Assembly: GCA_036172245.1 (NCBI GenBank) | Contig: JAYWIR010000009.1 | Coordinates: forward strand, 2,294,001-2,358,000 | Direction: 5' to 3' | DNA length: 64,000 nt | DNA from: Raillietiella orientalis | Lineage: Eukaryota | Shown: positions 36,931-50,329 of the stretch, piece by piece | Position numbering within the stretch: position 1 is the first letter of the stretch | Layout: the number at the start of each line of letters is the position of its first letter | The notes under the pieces: model-generated | Database searches by the model: none | Told to the model about the DNA's origin: nothing | The model's input: only the letters and a program-made list of their open reading frames with translations | Translations under genes and position numbers: made by a program

Positions 36931-37949
36931 CTGACGCCTCCATTTCCCTTCTCAGTGATGATGTAAAGCCTCTACGAAGGAAGACGCTTTTTCATGTTGT
37001 GTGCGACTGTTTTTCTTTTGCAAATATCTATTTTAATTTTTTTTTTTTACAATAAATGCTTCGGCTTGACCGGGTAAATGAAAGAACTTCGAAATGGAAA
37101 GCACGCGGATTGAAGTTGGCGAAAGGCTCACCGGCTGAGGTCCCCACATGGGTATTCAGAGGCTCGGGTTTTAGGAGTCACAGTTCACGTGAGCTTTGGA
37201 AGGGAACTGACCGTTCTTCTGGCATCTCTGTCGGAGGATCTTCCATCGTGATGTGAACTTCCCAAATGGGTATTGACCCCGTGAGGAGGCGCATCGCTCC
37301 ATCGTTTGGCAAACTCGAGGCAGCAGGTAACCATGCAAGAGCAGGCACTGCTTGTTCCCTCTTCGGTTTCTTGGTTTGCTTGTCCTTAGTCCGTGATGAA
37401 TGAGATCTCAGACTCCTCACGAAGAACTGGGTACGAAACCCTTGATCTGTAGGTCTTATTCAACCCGAAACAGATCCGCTATGCAGTCATAGGTTATGGG
37501 TTCAGTCAGGCCTCAGGCCACATAAATGCCTATCTCATACATTAATATATACATATACATAATTCATATAATGTGCTGTGAGGTGCTGGTCTTCAGCAGC
37601 ACCGAACAACATGTCAACCCGAGCGCGGATTTTCCGCTGGGACCCATTCGAGAAGACGAGCCAGCTTGGCTCATAATAATTTCCGGCTCGGCCTGGTCTG
37701 TCATTTGAGGGACCTCTGAGCGAGAATTCCGACGGACTGCTTGCACCATGGAGGAAGAGCGGACGTCTACGCAGGAGGCTTGCAGTTCGTTTCAACTCAC
37801 AGTTTGCGTGCTCGTTGGTCGCGACCATACGTTGGTCCTTTTTTTTTCAGAAGATGAGGTAAGTATAAAGTAGGCTGCTTTGCTTTCCAAAAAAATGGGC
37901 AACGGATATAAAACATGCTAATGAGATCCTGTGGATTAGCAAATTAGAA

Positions 37950-38450
37950 CGAGGGCTGCTTTGCTCAGGACAGGCAGCCGCATTTTCCTCTCTACGAACG
38001 CATCTTGGGCGGCAGGAAGAGCTTACGTTTGTTTGTCGGCAAAACCACAACCACTCTGGATAAAAGAGATTATACGGGAACTCTGGAATTTGAAGAGTTG
38101 CTTATGGTATCGGCATTGATGGCTTGCATGAGGGTTCAGGAATTCAGTAGATGGAAAGACCAAACCTTAGCGGTCGATTCTTCTGACCCCCGAAAGGGTG
38201 TGACCAAATGCACCCCCTGTTTTCTGTCTTCTGGACCAGCGATGGAACAGCGCATGGGCCGACTGTTGAAAAAAAGAGGGCCACTTCCTAAGTGGAATTG
38301 AAAAAGAGTTCGCGATCAGAGTTATTTCGCTGCCGCACGCAAAAATCTCAGCGATCGGCGAGCATCCCGCAGCTTCCGAAACTTGCTCTTTAAATCCTTC
38401 CGAGCCATAAAAATAATCACCATAAAGACTTTTATTCGAACCCTCTAGGA
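37950..38450 (+). mobile_element. Decayed piggyBac transposase N-terminal remnant
   Basis: 'TLEFEELLMVSALMACMRVQEFSRW' resembles T..E...F.G....MG.......YW. Confidence 0.35.
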
Positions 38451-38479
38451 ACCAAAAGAAACCTGTACATACTCCCCTG

Positions 38480-39100
38480 GAGCATCTTCCAAAAGCGACA
38501 GTTTGCTCTGCCGCTGATGGAAAAATGGAATTGCAACTTTGACCAGAACGACTAGAGCAAATGCATTGGCAGACCTAAAAATATGCGAGGAGCTTCCGCT
38601 GAGAAAGAGAGCATTCTTCATCCTCACAAAAAAGAAAAAAAAAAAATTTCCGTTGGTAGGCAGTGATATCATATGTGCATGACGTAGAAACGGATATGTA
38701 CATAGTGCAAGAAGAATCCAGGTCCAGGTGGCAAGAAGGTGAGCACCGAGAACACACAGTTGGATGGATTCTACGAGAAAACAAAGGGTAGAAAAAGAAT
38801 CCCGGAAAGGGAATGAGGTGGGAAAGAGTAAAGACTCTATGGGCGCCTGCACGAGGAAAGCGGAACTTCAAGAGGAATTGGAAACTCTCCCACCGACGAT
38901 TACTGCAGATGAATCCTTCCCCACACTTCCGGAGATCAGGTCGGCAAACAGCTGCCGATGCTGTGCCACCGTTAGGTCAAGAATTCACAAATTCAGTGCT
39001 TGCGAGCATGTGACGCACGTGAGCAATGAAACCAATTCGTGGAGGATCCGAATGACCTGAAGGGCAATTCGGCAACTTCCGCTCGACTTTCCTGCTTTTA
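38480..39100 (+). mobile_element. Possible LINE ORF2 inter-domain remnant
   Basis: 'RAFFILTKK' and 'LETLPPTITADE' weakly resemble the L1/Tx1 EN-RT linker. Confidence 0.25.
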
Positions 39101-39458
39101 CTCCCTTTCGATGCGCTGCCCGCGTACGTAAGTGTTCCGTGGGACACGTTCTTCTAATTCCTCGCAGGGTCATGGAATCTTCTAGATTTACTCATGTTTA
39201 CAAATCATGGAAGTGTCTGCATTCCTCCTCCCAGGATTACAAAGGCTGCATATGATGCCGGGAGTAAGGTGTGTCTACTCCATTAAGGAACAGTTGATGA
39301 ATTTATGTATGTACATGTATGCATATTTCTGTTCTACAACGCATGCTGATGTCAAATGTTTATGCAGTTCTGTATATACACAAATGAAGGTTTTGAAAGT
39401 TTTCTCAAATCTTTAAGAGAACTAAGAATTCCCGAAGTGAACTGATCCCGAATGGATG

Positions 39459-39484
39459 ACACACACACACACACACACACACAC
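39459..39484. repeat. (AC)n microsatellite
   Basis: Directly visible. Confidence 0.95.
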
Positions 39485-39949
39485 GAAATAGTAAACCGCT
39501 AGCACAGTATGACACAGCATAAATAGAATGTAGCCACAGCAGTAAACTGGTCCGAGTAACCGCAGATCTTCCACGTCTGTCCCCAACCTTTCACATTCCT
39601 TTCCACTTGAAGCGCTTTCAACTGGTGCGTCTGGAGGGAGAGGCAAGAGATTACGGAGACAAATTAATGCAGGTAAATTGGAGCAAATTCGAAGCCATGC
39701 GTTGAGGGAAGATACAAAAATAAAACGAGCGCAGCAGAACCGGAAGTGATCCAGCCTTCCCTTCGAGCATCCAGCAGACGGAATTTTCCGCATCCTCGAG
39801 AAAGCCGGGAGACCCAGCTGTTCGCTTACTGCTGGACCACATCGAGGCGTTTACTTCGGTGTGGTCACGAGGAAATCCTCTAGAGACTGGAGGCAATCAT
39901 CTGTCGCCCTCTTAATTGAAATTTTGGGAGTGCAGAATCCACCGAGAAA

Positions 39950-40800
39950 AGTTCCTGAAAGACAGTAAGTTACTTTGGTGATGGGATCCGGAAACTTTGG
40001 TGAAGATGCCAGACTCCAGCATCTTCATCAAATTTTACGAACTGTAGATGCTGGGAAACATCTCATAGAAACTCCTAGGGATGGCAACCGGCACGCCAAG
40101 CTGACTACTTCATCATACCAAAAAATGGAAATTTTCTTGTTATAACCTTATCGCAGATTGGTCCATAAGCTGCTCCATGTAAAGTGGAGCATTCTTTCCT
40201 GTGTCTAGAGAGGAACAAAATGCTTGCGTTTCAAGGAGCCACTGACCATAAGTGAGTCACTCCTCATAGTAGGCAGACCTACATTTGCACAGATAGGTAC
40301 TATGGAGAGGATCTAATTCAAAAACGCACTAATATGATCTCCGTTTTCGAGAGAAAAATAACTCATGTTTCTATGTTAACGGCGAGAAAACGAGCCAGAT
40401 GGGATGCTGAGAAAGTATCAAACATCTCTTCACGAGAAGCGTTTGAATAAGCTGAAAATTCATTGAAATGATTTTTTCATTTCGTGGCAGAAAAACCAAA
40501 ATGCGGCAAATAATTCCAATCCTCGTAATGCCTTAACGGATGGGATGCTTAGCGGGGTATCGAAAAGACTGTGAAGATCCATTCCTGGTCCACAATTCTC
40601 TTAAGGAAGATCAGAACACAACCATGAAACGTTCAACCAGCTTGATGGAATCCAAAAGGCAAAGTGAAAAAGTGAAAAGGGAATTTCGATTTCTTATTCA
40701 GGCTCAGTACTTAGGAAACGGTCGCATCTTGCACGCCATAGAAAATCTCCAAATTCGGCATCTGTGATCGATAAATCGTGCGAGTTGCTGAGACTGGTCC
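39950..40800 (-). mobile_element. Decayed piggyBac transposase remnant
   Basis: 'IVDQE' and 'YPAKHPIR*GIT' (YxPxKPxKWGIK), then 'QLMDQ' (VDxxDQ). Confidence 0.5.
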
Positions 40801-41099
40801 ATCTTCCTAGATGAAGTTTCGGAAAGGAAAATTTATCCTGATCTTCAGCATTCTTGAGTGCACGGAGATCATCCAGCAGCCAAGTGATGAGGCTTTCGTA
40901 AGAGTGCCTCGATGGGCTTGCGAGTTGAAAAAAGCAAGCGTCGCAGTTTCCGCTGAAGCTCCCTCTCTTTCGTTTCGGTTCCAAAGGGCAGTGACAAATC
41001 CGCACCCTCAGGATGAAGGGGCGGATTCTCCCTCAACGGGTCTTCCGAAACGAATTCTCCTGCGCATCCTCACCATCCTTTGTATACTCATTTGCCTGT

Positions 41100-42130
41100 G
41101 TCGCACTCGTATGCCGTGCGGCTCTCAAGAATAGTATTTCCAAGAGTGAAACCCAGCTTTCTTCCTGCGCCCTGCGGATTGCAGCTGTGGCAGTCGAACG
41201 GCCCAGATTTCGGTCCGAAGCCCAAGTGTGCAGGATACACGTGAGCCGTTTTCCCAAGACCAGAACGACTCCAGACCCTTTTCCTGAAATCGCACAGACC
41301 GCCATGACCACGTAAGAGCTGAAAGAAAATGGAACGACAGACGGTCATGCAGATCATAATTTCTGGAGACAACTGGACTTGCTTATCCACCGATCCGGCA
41401 TTTCTTCCTTCGCCGACCAGCGACTCACTGCCTTCTCAGATGTCAAGACGAATAGCATCAAGAACTGAGGGACTTCAGCTTGAAGGAGCAAATAATTTAC
41501 AGTGCTGGAAGTTGGTTCGAAGGGAAGTGCGAAGCCTGAGGACGTTTCTCCTACTTGTCGGGAACTGTTCACATGACTTGGAAATTTCCGTGACCTCGTT
41601 GACGTGAGCAGAGCGCTCAAAGCGTGGTGTGCCAGATAGACATCCCAGAGAGAAAGGGCATCTGCCCGCCAGTTCCGGAGAAGACGCCGACTGACACTCG
41701 CACTTCTTTCATCAAGGAGGCGCTGGAGGTGAATTGGCGACGTGCTGTCTCTGGTGACCAGAACCCCGCTACACAGATCAGGGATCCTCTCTACTCAGAT
41801 CTCGTGTTCCCTTCCAGTTTATTCATGCCATGTTGACATCAGCTTCCGCATTCTTACCCATCACGTCTCATTTGTTCCACGGAAAGAAATTCTTGCATCT
41901 CTGTGAGATCCCGCTATGTGGGATTACCGGCCACTGGGAAATTAGAGCTGATGGCAACAGGCTTCAACGCTCTCTAATTAGAAGACACAGTGGATGGCTG
42001 CTTTCCCGACGGTTGGCATCTGGGGTCCGGCGTCTACTTAATTCGTTGATCTCCGTCGCTGATCCTGGCTCAAACATTGCACTGCGAGATGGTTCTTTTC
42101 TCACTCACTCCCTCGGCCTTCTGGTGATCG
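41100..42130 (+). mobile_element. Decayed LINE APE-endonuclease remnant
   Basis: 'SETQL' (QETH), 'QIIISGDNWTCL' (IILGGDFNCxL), 'LQCWK' (LxDxWR), 'CQIDI' (SRID) and 'GHWEI' (GxWKLN). Confidence 0.5.
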
Positions 42131-44249
42131 GCCAGTGAATCCCAGAACCCTGACCTCTGAGAGTGTTTTTTCTTTTAAGTCGGGGGATATACTGATGGGC
42201 AATGCACATACTGTCTTCCTGTGTTAGAAGGATGTGTTCGCACCAAAAGGGAGAGAGAATCACTTATTGTATCGGCATGAAAGACTTGATAGGAAAAGAC
42301 ATAAAAATAAAAAAACAACAAAACTAGGAATTCCTTACAGGACACATGACTAACATCTGAAAGAAAACTGCACGCCCACTAAAGTTTCTGGAGAAATTTG
42401 CTGTTGTTTATCTTGGAGTTGCAGAAAAACGCTCACAGACAACGCGAGCAGCTTCTTCAGATATCATAAAGACACGCAGACCTTCCACCGAACACGCGAC
42501 AGCTTGCTGACGCAACCATTCCAAAAGTGCCCCTCCCAGAAAACTACCCCGCTGAACTTTGCTGCCCCCAAGAATCGGACACCCCCACAGTTCGCACAAA
42601 CAGCTCCACGACTTGCCCTGAAGTGGCAGCACTCGGCGATGCTGCCGTGATGCATGCAGCGCCCGCCTGCGCCTCAGCACGAGGGAAAGGGTGGTCCCCA
42701 ACTGCCTCCTCACACGCTGAGAAGCGGATCCTTCCTGCACGTGCCGCCCTCCGCCGAGTGTGCAGCGGAGGCGCAGCCACCGGGAGCGGCAAGGCCGTTG
42801 ACAGACGGTTGAACGTGTTGAAGTGTCTCTTCTCTGATCAGCGCAGTGCCATCTGAGGCGGCGATCGCGACTCTGCTGCCTCCGCGCCATGGTGGCATCA
42901 CGGAACGCTCCCGGGCGAATACAACGAGGTGGGATCACCTCGATGGCATCCTTCTTGAGGAAGGCAAGGAGATGGCCCCACCGAGTCCATTCGGGCCTTC
43001 ATAGGATGCACAAAACCAACGGCCTTCCTCCTTTGTCCTCCACACAGACAGTTGTTTTTAATTTATAGTTAATAGCAGTTTCTCATTTCTTTACTTGGTA
43101 CCACTTGGTTTTCGGTCCTCATCGGCAAGGGAGAGAGGTCTTGTCAAAGTTCTCGCCTGTGCATCCGGAATTCCTCGAGCTTTCACAGGACGTGGTGTTC
43201 CCCTCCGCATTCTTTTAACTTGTTTTTGTTTGTTCACCGTCTCAAGTTGCAATCAATGTCTTGGAGTAATCGCGTGCTCTCGAGACGCTATTCTGCTTGG
43301 AGGAGGCTTCCGGAATGGACCGAAACCAGCCAGGGCAATTTGGGAGAAAGGCCTGCTCGGTACAAGGCTAATGGTACACGCGCTGGATGCTTTGAAGAAG
43401 TTTCAAGTTACCGATTTCGGAACTGTGACTTGATCAGAAGGGGAAAAAATGAATAAATACATTCCATGGTATCTGCGACATGTACAGCAATGTACACAAG
43501 GTGCCTTTTTAACGGTCCGCTGGTACGCGTTTGGAAAACGACAACGCTCAGAACGTACCTTAAGGATTATTGCTCCCACGAAAGCACACACCTCCCTTGA
43601 ATAAGCCATGAATAACTGAGGCTTTAACACGTACACTCTATTAGTATACATAATAATATTCTGTGGAATCTCCAGATTGAATCGTATAAAATTAATAGTC
43701 AGACACACAATGCACGTTGCATATCCGATATATGCATACGGACACGTGCATGACAGGCATGAAAATGACACCGATGGAATGACGTTATCGAAATTTCGTG
43801 AAAGGGTACTCCCCCCCCTTCCAAAATGCATCCCGCTTGCTCAGGGACATCCCCATTTGAAGGACGGGGCGAATTTACGCTTCTGCCGCCCATCCCATGC
43901 CGAGTGTGTGACTGAGGTTGACGCAGAGACAAACGCGACCCTGCACGAATGCCACAGGGCCAACACCACCGGGAGCTTAAACGTAGTCGAGCAGCAGCAG
44001 ACAGGGAACGATGTGCTGCAGGGCACCGGCACAGAATCTTCGTGCAATTTTCTCCTTAGTTACCGACCCCCCTGCAATCAGCGAGAGGACTCAGGCGTGC
44101 CAGTCGTATCTCTCGAATCGAATTTCGTTTTGATCTGCAGATCGGCGATCAAACGGATCCTCATATCGTTTCGTCAAGGAGGGGCCTGCGAAGGAACGCT
44201 TCGCAAGCATGCAGGATGCCTCGCATAACGCTGGCTGTCCGTGCAAGGA

Positions 44250-45700
44250 GCTCCGTAAGTCGAAAGGCCGGAAGTATGGCTGCTAATCAATACGTGGCCT
44301 TCGAAAAACAAGAGAAGATTTCTCACCCTCGCAGCGAGATCACAGGTCTTTTTTAAAAAGTCCCGGAAAGCACATACAAGTACCGTAACATGATCATCTG
44401 GCACACATGGCATGCCCAAACTTCAAACACATGGTCACTGACAGCAACCGGGGGTGATGGAAGCTTGATGAGGATGCTAAGGATCGTTAACACGGTTAGA
44501 ATATCGTTCGGGCGTAGTCGAATCGCTTTCACGCAGCTGCTTGCTGCAGCGAGCAAGCAATGGGTTACATGTGATTGAAATCTTGGGGGGAGCAGGCAGC
44601 GGGAGAAAGCTGAACGACATGGATATCGGCTTTCGATATTGGATTCTGCTTGTTTCCTGTTTCCGAAAGCGAGGAAAGGATATTCGAAGAGCGCTCTCGC
44701 GCGCGCCGTGCCTCTGAAGGAACGGTGGCTGCTAAGTGCGCTTCCCCCGGAATCATCTGAACACCTCAAGGAATTGCCTCGGAAAAAACAACGGAACAAA
44801 ACAAAACAAAACGCGGTGGCTTGGCCATTCAAGAGGGAATCTCCTTGGCGATTCCCGGCTGCCGACTTCACAAAGCCAAAGCACCTTTGGGGGAAAGCGC
44901 ATCCCTACTACTCTGCCGTGCATCCAAAGGGTTTCCACAGAAAATCGAAATGCTCTTGCAGGCAACTTCCCACACAGAGCTTTCAGTGAACCCTTCAGAT
45001 GCGTGTCAAAAAAGGACAATTTCCTCCACGAAAAACCCATGAGCATAAAGCGCAAACTGTTCTGAAATCAAAAGTGCTAAACCACTGATTCGCCGTACAT
45101 CCGCACCAAAAGGATGAAGAGCAAGCAGATTCTCTTCCCAGGAATGCTGCAAAAGTGAAAACTCATAGAAATTTGTACATCTTTAAGCAGACGAAGCTGA
45201 CCCTAGTGCTGTTCGCGATGCCAGTCAAGCAGCTATGCAACTCGCTGAAAAATACATCAAAGTTACGTGTGCAAGAGCGGTAAAGCCATTAGAATTCTTT
45301 GACAACATCTGATCCAAAGCACCACTCGTCTTGAAACTCCTTCAGGAGCTATGTTTTGTTTTTCCACGAGGATGACGAGACATCTGGCGTCGCCTTTCAT
45401 ATTTACCTTTTGCATATTCCATCAGCATTCTACACCGGATTTCAACGTCACACACTCCTTTTGGAATACTATGGATGTATCAGCAATCGCTAGAAACACA
45501 GGACCACACGCAGGAAAAGGCGGATGGCATGGTTTTTTTTTTTTTGGAGATCTTTTCACAGATTCTGTTCGAAGCGAGATTGAAATTTTAGCACTTCACA
45601 TCGATGCTGCATTACAGTACATTCTGTTTAACACCGGTGCGTTGGAACTGGTCAAGAGTTTCAAGAGCGGATTGCTCAAAAGAATAAGGGGTCTGAAAGG
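44250..45700 (+). mobile_element. Decayed piggyBac (PGBD4-like) transposase remnant
   Basis: 'TWSLTATG...VRISF', 'KQTKLTLV' (KLTLVGT) and 'FWNTMDVSAIA' (F...LDxAxxNA). Confidence 0.45.
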
Positions 45701-45803
45701 CTTTCGTTCAATTTAATCCGAATCCGCCTGTTCCTACTGGCTACGGAAGCAGCCAGGAGTCTCCACTCTCCGATGTATTTCTGTTTCCGTTGCCGAGACT
45801 CTC

Positions 45804-46054
45804 GAGTTCTTCGTTGAAACTCTCATTGCTGGCGTTGTTACCACGTAACTACTTCGAGGGAGGAGGAAGCACAACAATGGAGCTTTTTCTAGCTTCATTG
45901 TTGAAGCTAGTGAGCTGTCATGGAGTTTTCTCAACAATGAAGTTCTTCATCTCAAGGTAGAAAAAGCTCCATTGTTGTGCTTCCTTCTCCCTGGGAGTAG
46001 TTGCGTGGTAACAACTCCGGTAATGAGGTGGCAGGAGTTTGAATGGAGAACTCG
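45804..46054 (+). repeat. Long inverted repeat / candidate hairpin RNA
   Basis: 45822-45891 pairs with 45958-46027 (63/70 Watson-Crick). Outer stem 45804-45822 / 46035-46053; inner stem 45893-45904 / 45931-45942. Confidence 0.9.
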
Positions 46055-46799
46055 GGATGAAGCTTTTGCAGCTTCATTGCTGAAGCTGAAGAGCCGCGTT
46101 GCTGTGGAAACTTTTCCAGATTTTCTAAAGGCCCCAAACTCGTAAAATTATTTTCGTACGCAGGGCTGATGCGATCACTGCTGTGTCCTGGATCATATTC
46201 GATATCTTACCCGTGGGTTCCATGGTATTTTTAAAGGACAAGTGTCTAGGTCAAGTCATGGATGGCTTAAATTTACTTTTCTTCTCGATTCATTGCCAGC
46301 CATTGCGTTTTTCTAGTACCTTTACGTTCTGCAACTTTCCATTTTTTTTAATCTAAGCCCATGTTATGTTCCTTTCACATCAGAGGAAATGACCTCCCAT
46401 CAGTTCATGGTATCTGATTTTCGGAGAGTCGGCTTAGCCTAGAAGGAAGGAATCAAACGAAAGGAACCATTTGCCTTTCGTTTGGTTCTCTCCTTGATTG
46501 ATTCCTTCCTCGTTTGGTTCAGAGTCCTTGCAAATGGGTACTCCATATGCAAACAAAGTAATGACTATTAACCCTTGAGTCTATTAAAGGAGACAAAATT
46601 TTCATCCTGTTGTTTTTAGTACCTTGAAATATGAGTCATCCTGTGATTAATATGCTAAAGCACTTTTGAAGGATGAGAAACCTTTTCCTAGAGAAGGAAC
46701 AAGAGAGTATTCAAAGATTTCGTACATCGTATCAAGACCTACTTACAAACCGAAATGCTAAGCACATCCAAACTACCCCAGGTTTAGAAGTGTTGATGA

Positions 46800-47750
46800 G
46801 CTTTGTAAAGGCTGCTTCTCTCTCTTAAAAGGCTTGTGGTCCAAAAATGAAGACCAGGTAAACACAAAGCACTTTCTCTTGATACAAATTAGTTGGAACC
46901 TAAGCTTGTTCGGTTTCTCAGTGCCAGCAGCTGAGCTCACTCGGGTCGTCTTTTGACAGAACAAGATCACTCATTATTCCTTCTCGCGAATCGAAGTCCC
47001 GAAATACTCCCCTGGAATCTAGGAAGTCTCCAATCAAAACCACGACCCTCCACTCAGATCCGGTGGAACATGCGGAAAAAGGAAACTCTCAAGAACGAGC
47101 TGAAGACCTGTAAAGTCTCCATTGTAGAGATAATCTATCAGCTTGACAGGAAAGGCCTGAAATGCTGCGAATTGCTTAGAAGACTGTGATGACCGTGTCT
47201 TAAAGAAATTCTTTAGTAAATGAGAGCGGCGGAGTCGAGGAGACAAAAGTCTAAAAACCACTAGAGCGAAAATGCAGCTAGGTTATTTTGGTAATGACAG
47301 CACCATACTTCCAGAGAACAGATAATTCTGTTTGTGCTTCTGAGGCGCTTGGAGCCATTTGGACTCCTCCATTAAGTACAGACTCGAACAGATCGCCTGT
47401 CTAATGCTTGCTGCAAGTAAACCAAAGAAAACAGGTTCCGACAGCGAAGCCTTTCTAATCCGCTGTTCACAACTGAGGAGAGCCATGGAAACAAACCAGC
47501 GAGTGACTTTGTGATCAGCGAGTAGAAATAGACGGCAGACATGAAAGCGTATTTTTCTGCCACGGCATGATGCGATCATTTTCCATCTCTAATTGTTTCG
47601 TAAACATAATCCTGCGCGGGTTCGGACGTTATTTGGCCATTGAGGAGTACATGCCTGCACCCATACGCGAGGGATGACCTCTGCAGTTGCTAAGGAAACT
47701 CTGGAAGTTTCGTGTGGAAGGATTATTTACTGATCGTCGATGAAATCTGG
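46800..47750 (-). mobile_element. Decayed piggyBac transposase remnant
   Basis: 'MIASCRGRKIRF' (MIxFRGRxxF) and 'PVKLIDYL' (P..IxDYN). Confidence 0.5.
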
Positions 47751-48249
47751 AGGAACAGTCAAAATGAAGCTGATTACTGTCGTTGTGTACAAATATCGCT
47801 GCTCCGGACGAGGACAAATACACACACACGAATAAAAGAAAACGGAAACGTCTCCTGGTAGTAAGAGTTATGAGATCATTTTTCATGCGATTTGGGCCAC
47901 AGTCCAGAAAATCAATGATCATGACGCATAGCTGTTTCATAAGGGAAACCTTGCTTTCAAAATAAAGATGGAAGTGATAGGAAGACCAAAAAAAAAAAAA
48001 ACTTACAGGGAGTGGTCCGAAAATTCTAAGGAAGGCGTGCAAGGATCGAGTAGAGCAGACGCATCTCGAAAAGATTTATGGTTCCGTATCGAAGGTTCGG
48101 GCGTCAGCAGCAGCAGCGTGGCACCAAAGCGCCAAGGTGCCTTGGTGCTGCTCTCGTTTCCAAGTTTACCAAGGCTTCCTCATCACGACTGCTGAAGGGA
48201 ACAGCGGAGCTCCTGTTGGAGTGCAGAGGCAAACAGCTAATTAGCTGAA

Positions 48250-48900
48250 CGGGCAAAGCTCGCGTTTTGAAGGATGCGCTTTCTCCGTTTATCACTCTTT
48301 TGTTGTTGTTGTTGTTGCAGATCGATTTTCCGTTTGCTTGCGTTCCCCACGAGGAAAGTCTCCGTGGAACACTCACTGGAGCTCCATATGGGATCACGAT
48401 CCGCCGATGCTTTGTCGAGGTCAACTGCCGATTTTGCCTGACGAACGGAGGAGATGGGAACAACTCTTCGAGCTTCCCGGACGCTTTTAGGTATTGATGG
48501 ATGCCTCAAAAACTCAGGAGGTCTAGTCTGAGGTTTTCTTCTAGATTGATTTGGCACAACCCTGCTCTTCTGACCTTGTGGCCCCGGGCAGCTCGAAGGG
48601 AACGAGCGTCTCCTTTCGGAGAGATGCAAAACACTGAGCAACTTTCCACCTTCTTTCTTCAGCTTGGTGGTGGGGAAGAGCAAAGCGTTTGCTGCGAATG
48701 GATTGCTCCCGGAAAGGGCAAAAAAATTTGTTTTCTTTTTTTTTCCCATAGGAGGATCGCTATTGCTGGTGAGCTCATTGCAGGATCTGCTGCTGAGTGC
48801 TTTCGAGGCGAAGTCTCGATACAAGAAAACAGGGACTCTTCATACTAGAAAGTTCGGGCTGAAAGTTTGTCCCAGACTTGAAATTTAACTGCAAATGAAG
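48250..48900 (+). mobile_element. Decayed piggyBac transposase remnant
   Basis: 'LQIDFPF...GAPYGITIRRCFVEVNCRF' resembles IDE...KPxKYGIKI....D....Y. Confidence 0.4.
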
Positions 48901-50329
48901 AAAAAGAAAAAAAAAAAATCAATTTACGTGCCATTTACATTTGCTTCCATGACATTTCATTCTCCAAGAAGAATCAAGGTCGGGTTTTGCAGTCCTGCAT
49001 AGAGCTAGGTCCCGAGAATTTGCCACCACGAATTGCAGTAAACAGGAAGAAAAAAAAAAAGTCACCAATCATGCAGCTGAGCTTCGATCATAGGGAGTCA
49101 TTTTTTAACTTGCTTCAATGGCTTCCTTAATTGCCACATAGGAGATCTGATACTGTAGGAGTTCATCTTTTTTGGTGACAGGGAGTAAATGAAAGAACTG
49201 CAGGAAACCACTTCTAGCAATCGGACCACTTGAGAGACTGATCTTCACGATAGCTCTTTTCTGCTGTCCACGGGCGATTCTATGCTTCTTTGAGGATGCA
49301 CGCTTATGACCTGTCAAAGTAGGCCGTTCCCTTTCCCGTGTTCGTTACACCAAAAAGCGAGAATTAATACCTTAATGTAACTTCAAATGCTATCAGGTTT
49401 CTCGTGTATAAATAAATTAATTGCCATTGGTTATCGACGACACGACCGATCCATCGCTACTGCAACTCTAGTTAAGGTTGCTACTTAGGGGTTGCCGTGC
49501 AAGCAAATAAGGACATTTTCAGCGGATTGACCCACTGTCGTAGCCGTGACTTTATTGGCATTTTGGGTTCGAACACGAGACGCAGTTTAAACAGGTTGTA
49601 CTTTGCCCGATGACTTCAATCGACAAGGGCGTCTCATTTTATGCAAAAAGGACGGCGAAGGCGAAGTGGCTGAAGATCTGAAAGGAACGGCGAATTCACT
49701 GGATCTGTCTTATTCCTTGTGGAAATGACCTGATTTGTGACTACCAGAAGCCACTTCGAACTGGAAGACTCATCTGAGGAAATCGCTATGGACAACTTGG
49801 TACTGCGGCTTTGTGTTGCTGAGCTACGAAAGTGGCAACTTGTTCCAGACAAGTATGTAAATGAACTACATGGCATGAAAATGGCTACCATGCACATAAA
49901 AATTCTGTTGCCAGTGACGACCGTCTTTGTTTACCGACGAGCAAGCGATAAACTGAGCTTAGGAGTGCGCAAGATGATTTCCCATACGCCATGTTTAAGG
50001 TCTCCAGTCGTTTCGTGCATTTCATTTGTCGATTTCGCGATCGTGAAATCAACAAATTAAAAGCATTACTGCAGGTCCATAATGGTAGAATCAATACCGC
50101 GACTTCGTTCCACGCAGTCGATTCCACTTCACAGAGTGCCTTCCACTTTTCATGCTGGTCTTTACGGCAGCTGGAAATCCAAGGATGCAACGGACAGGAC
50201 AGCGCTGCATCCAGATTATTATATGCAGCATCCGCAGAAGGTTTGCCTGACCACCTTTGTAGAAGAGAAAACGCCTGAATCAAATTCCTGAGATTCGTCG
50301 AAATATGAAAAACAAAGGATCCAGAAATT

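Noticed and set aside
42408..44228. ORFs of 176 aa (-) and 183 aa (+)
   Set aside because: Non-ATG starts and no motifs. I cannot support them as coding.
48007..48195. Minus-strand exon candidate ending in CCT|GTAAGT
   Set aside because: All frames from the best acceptor contain stops. It could be non-coding, but there is no further support.
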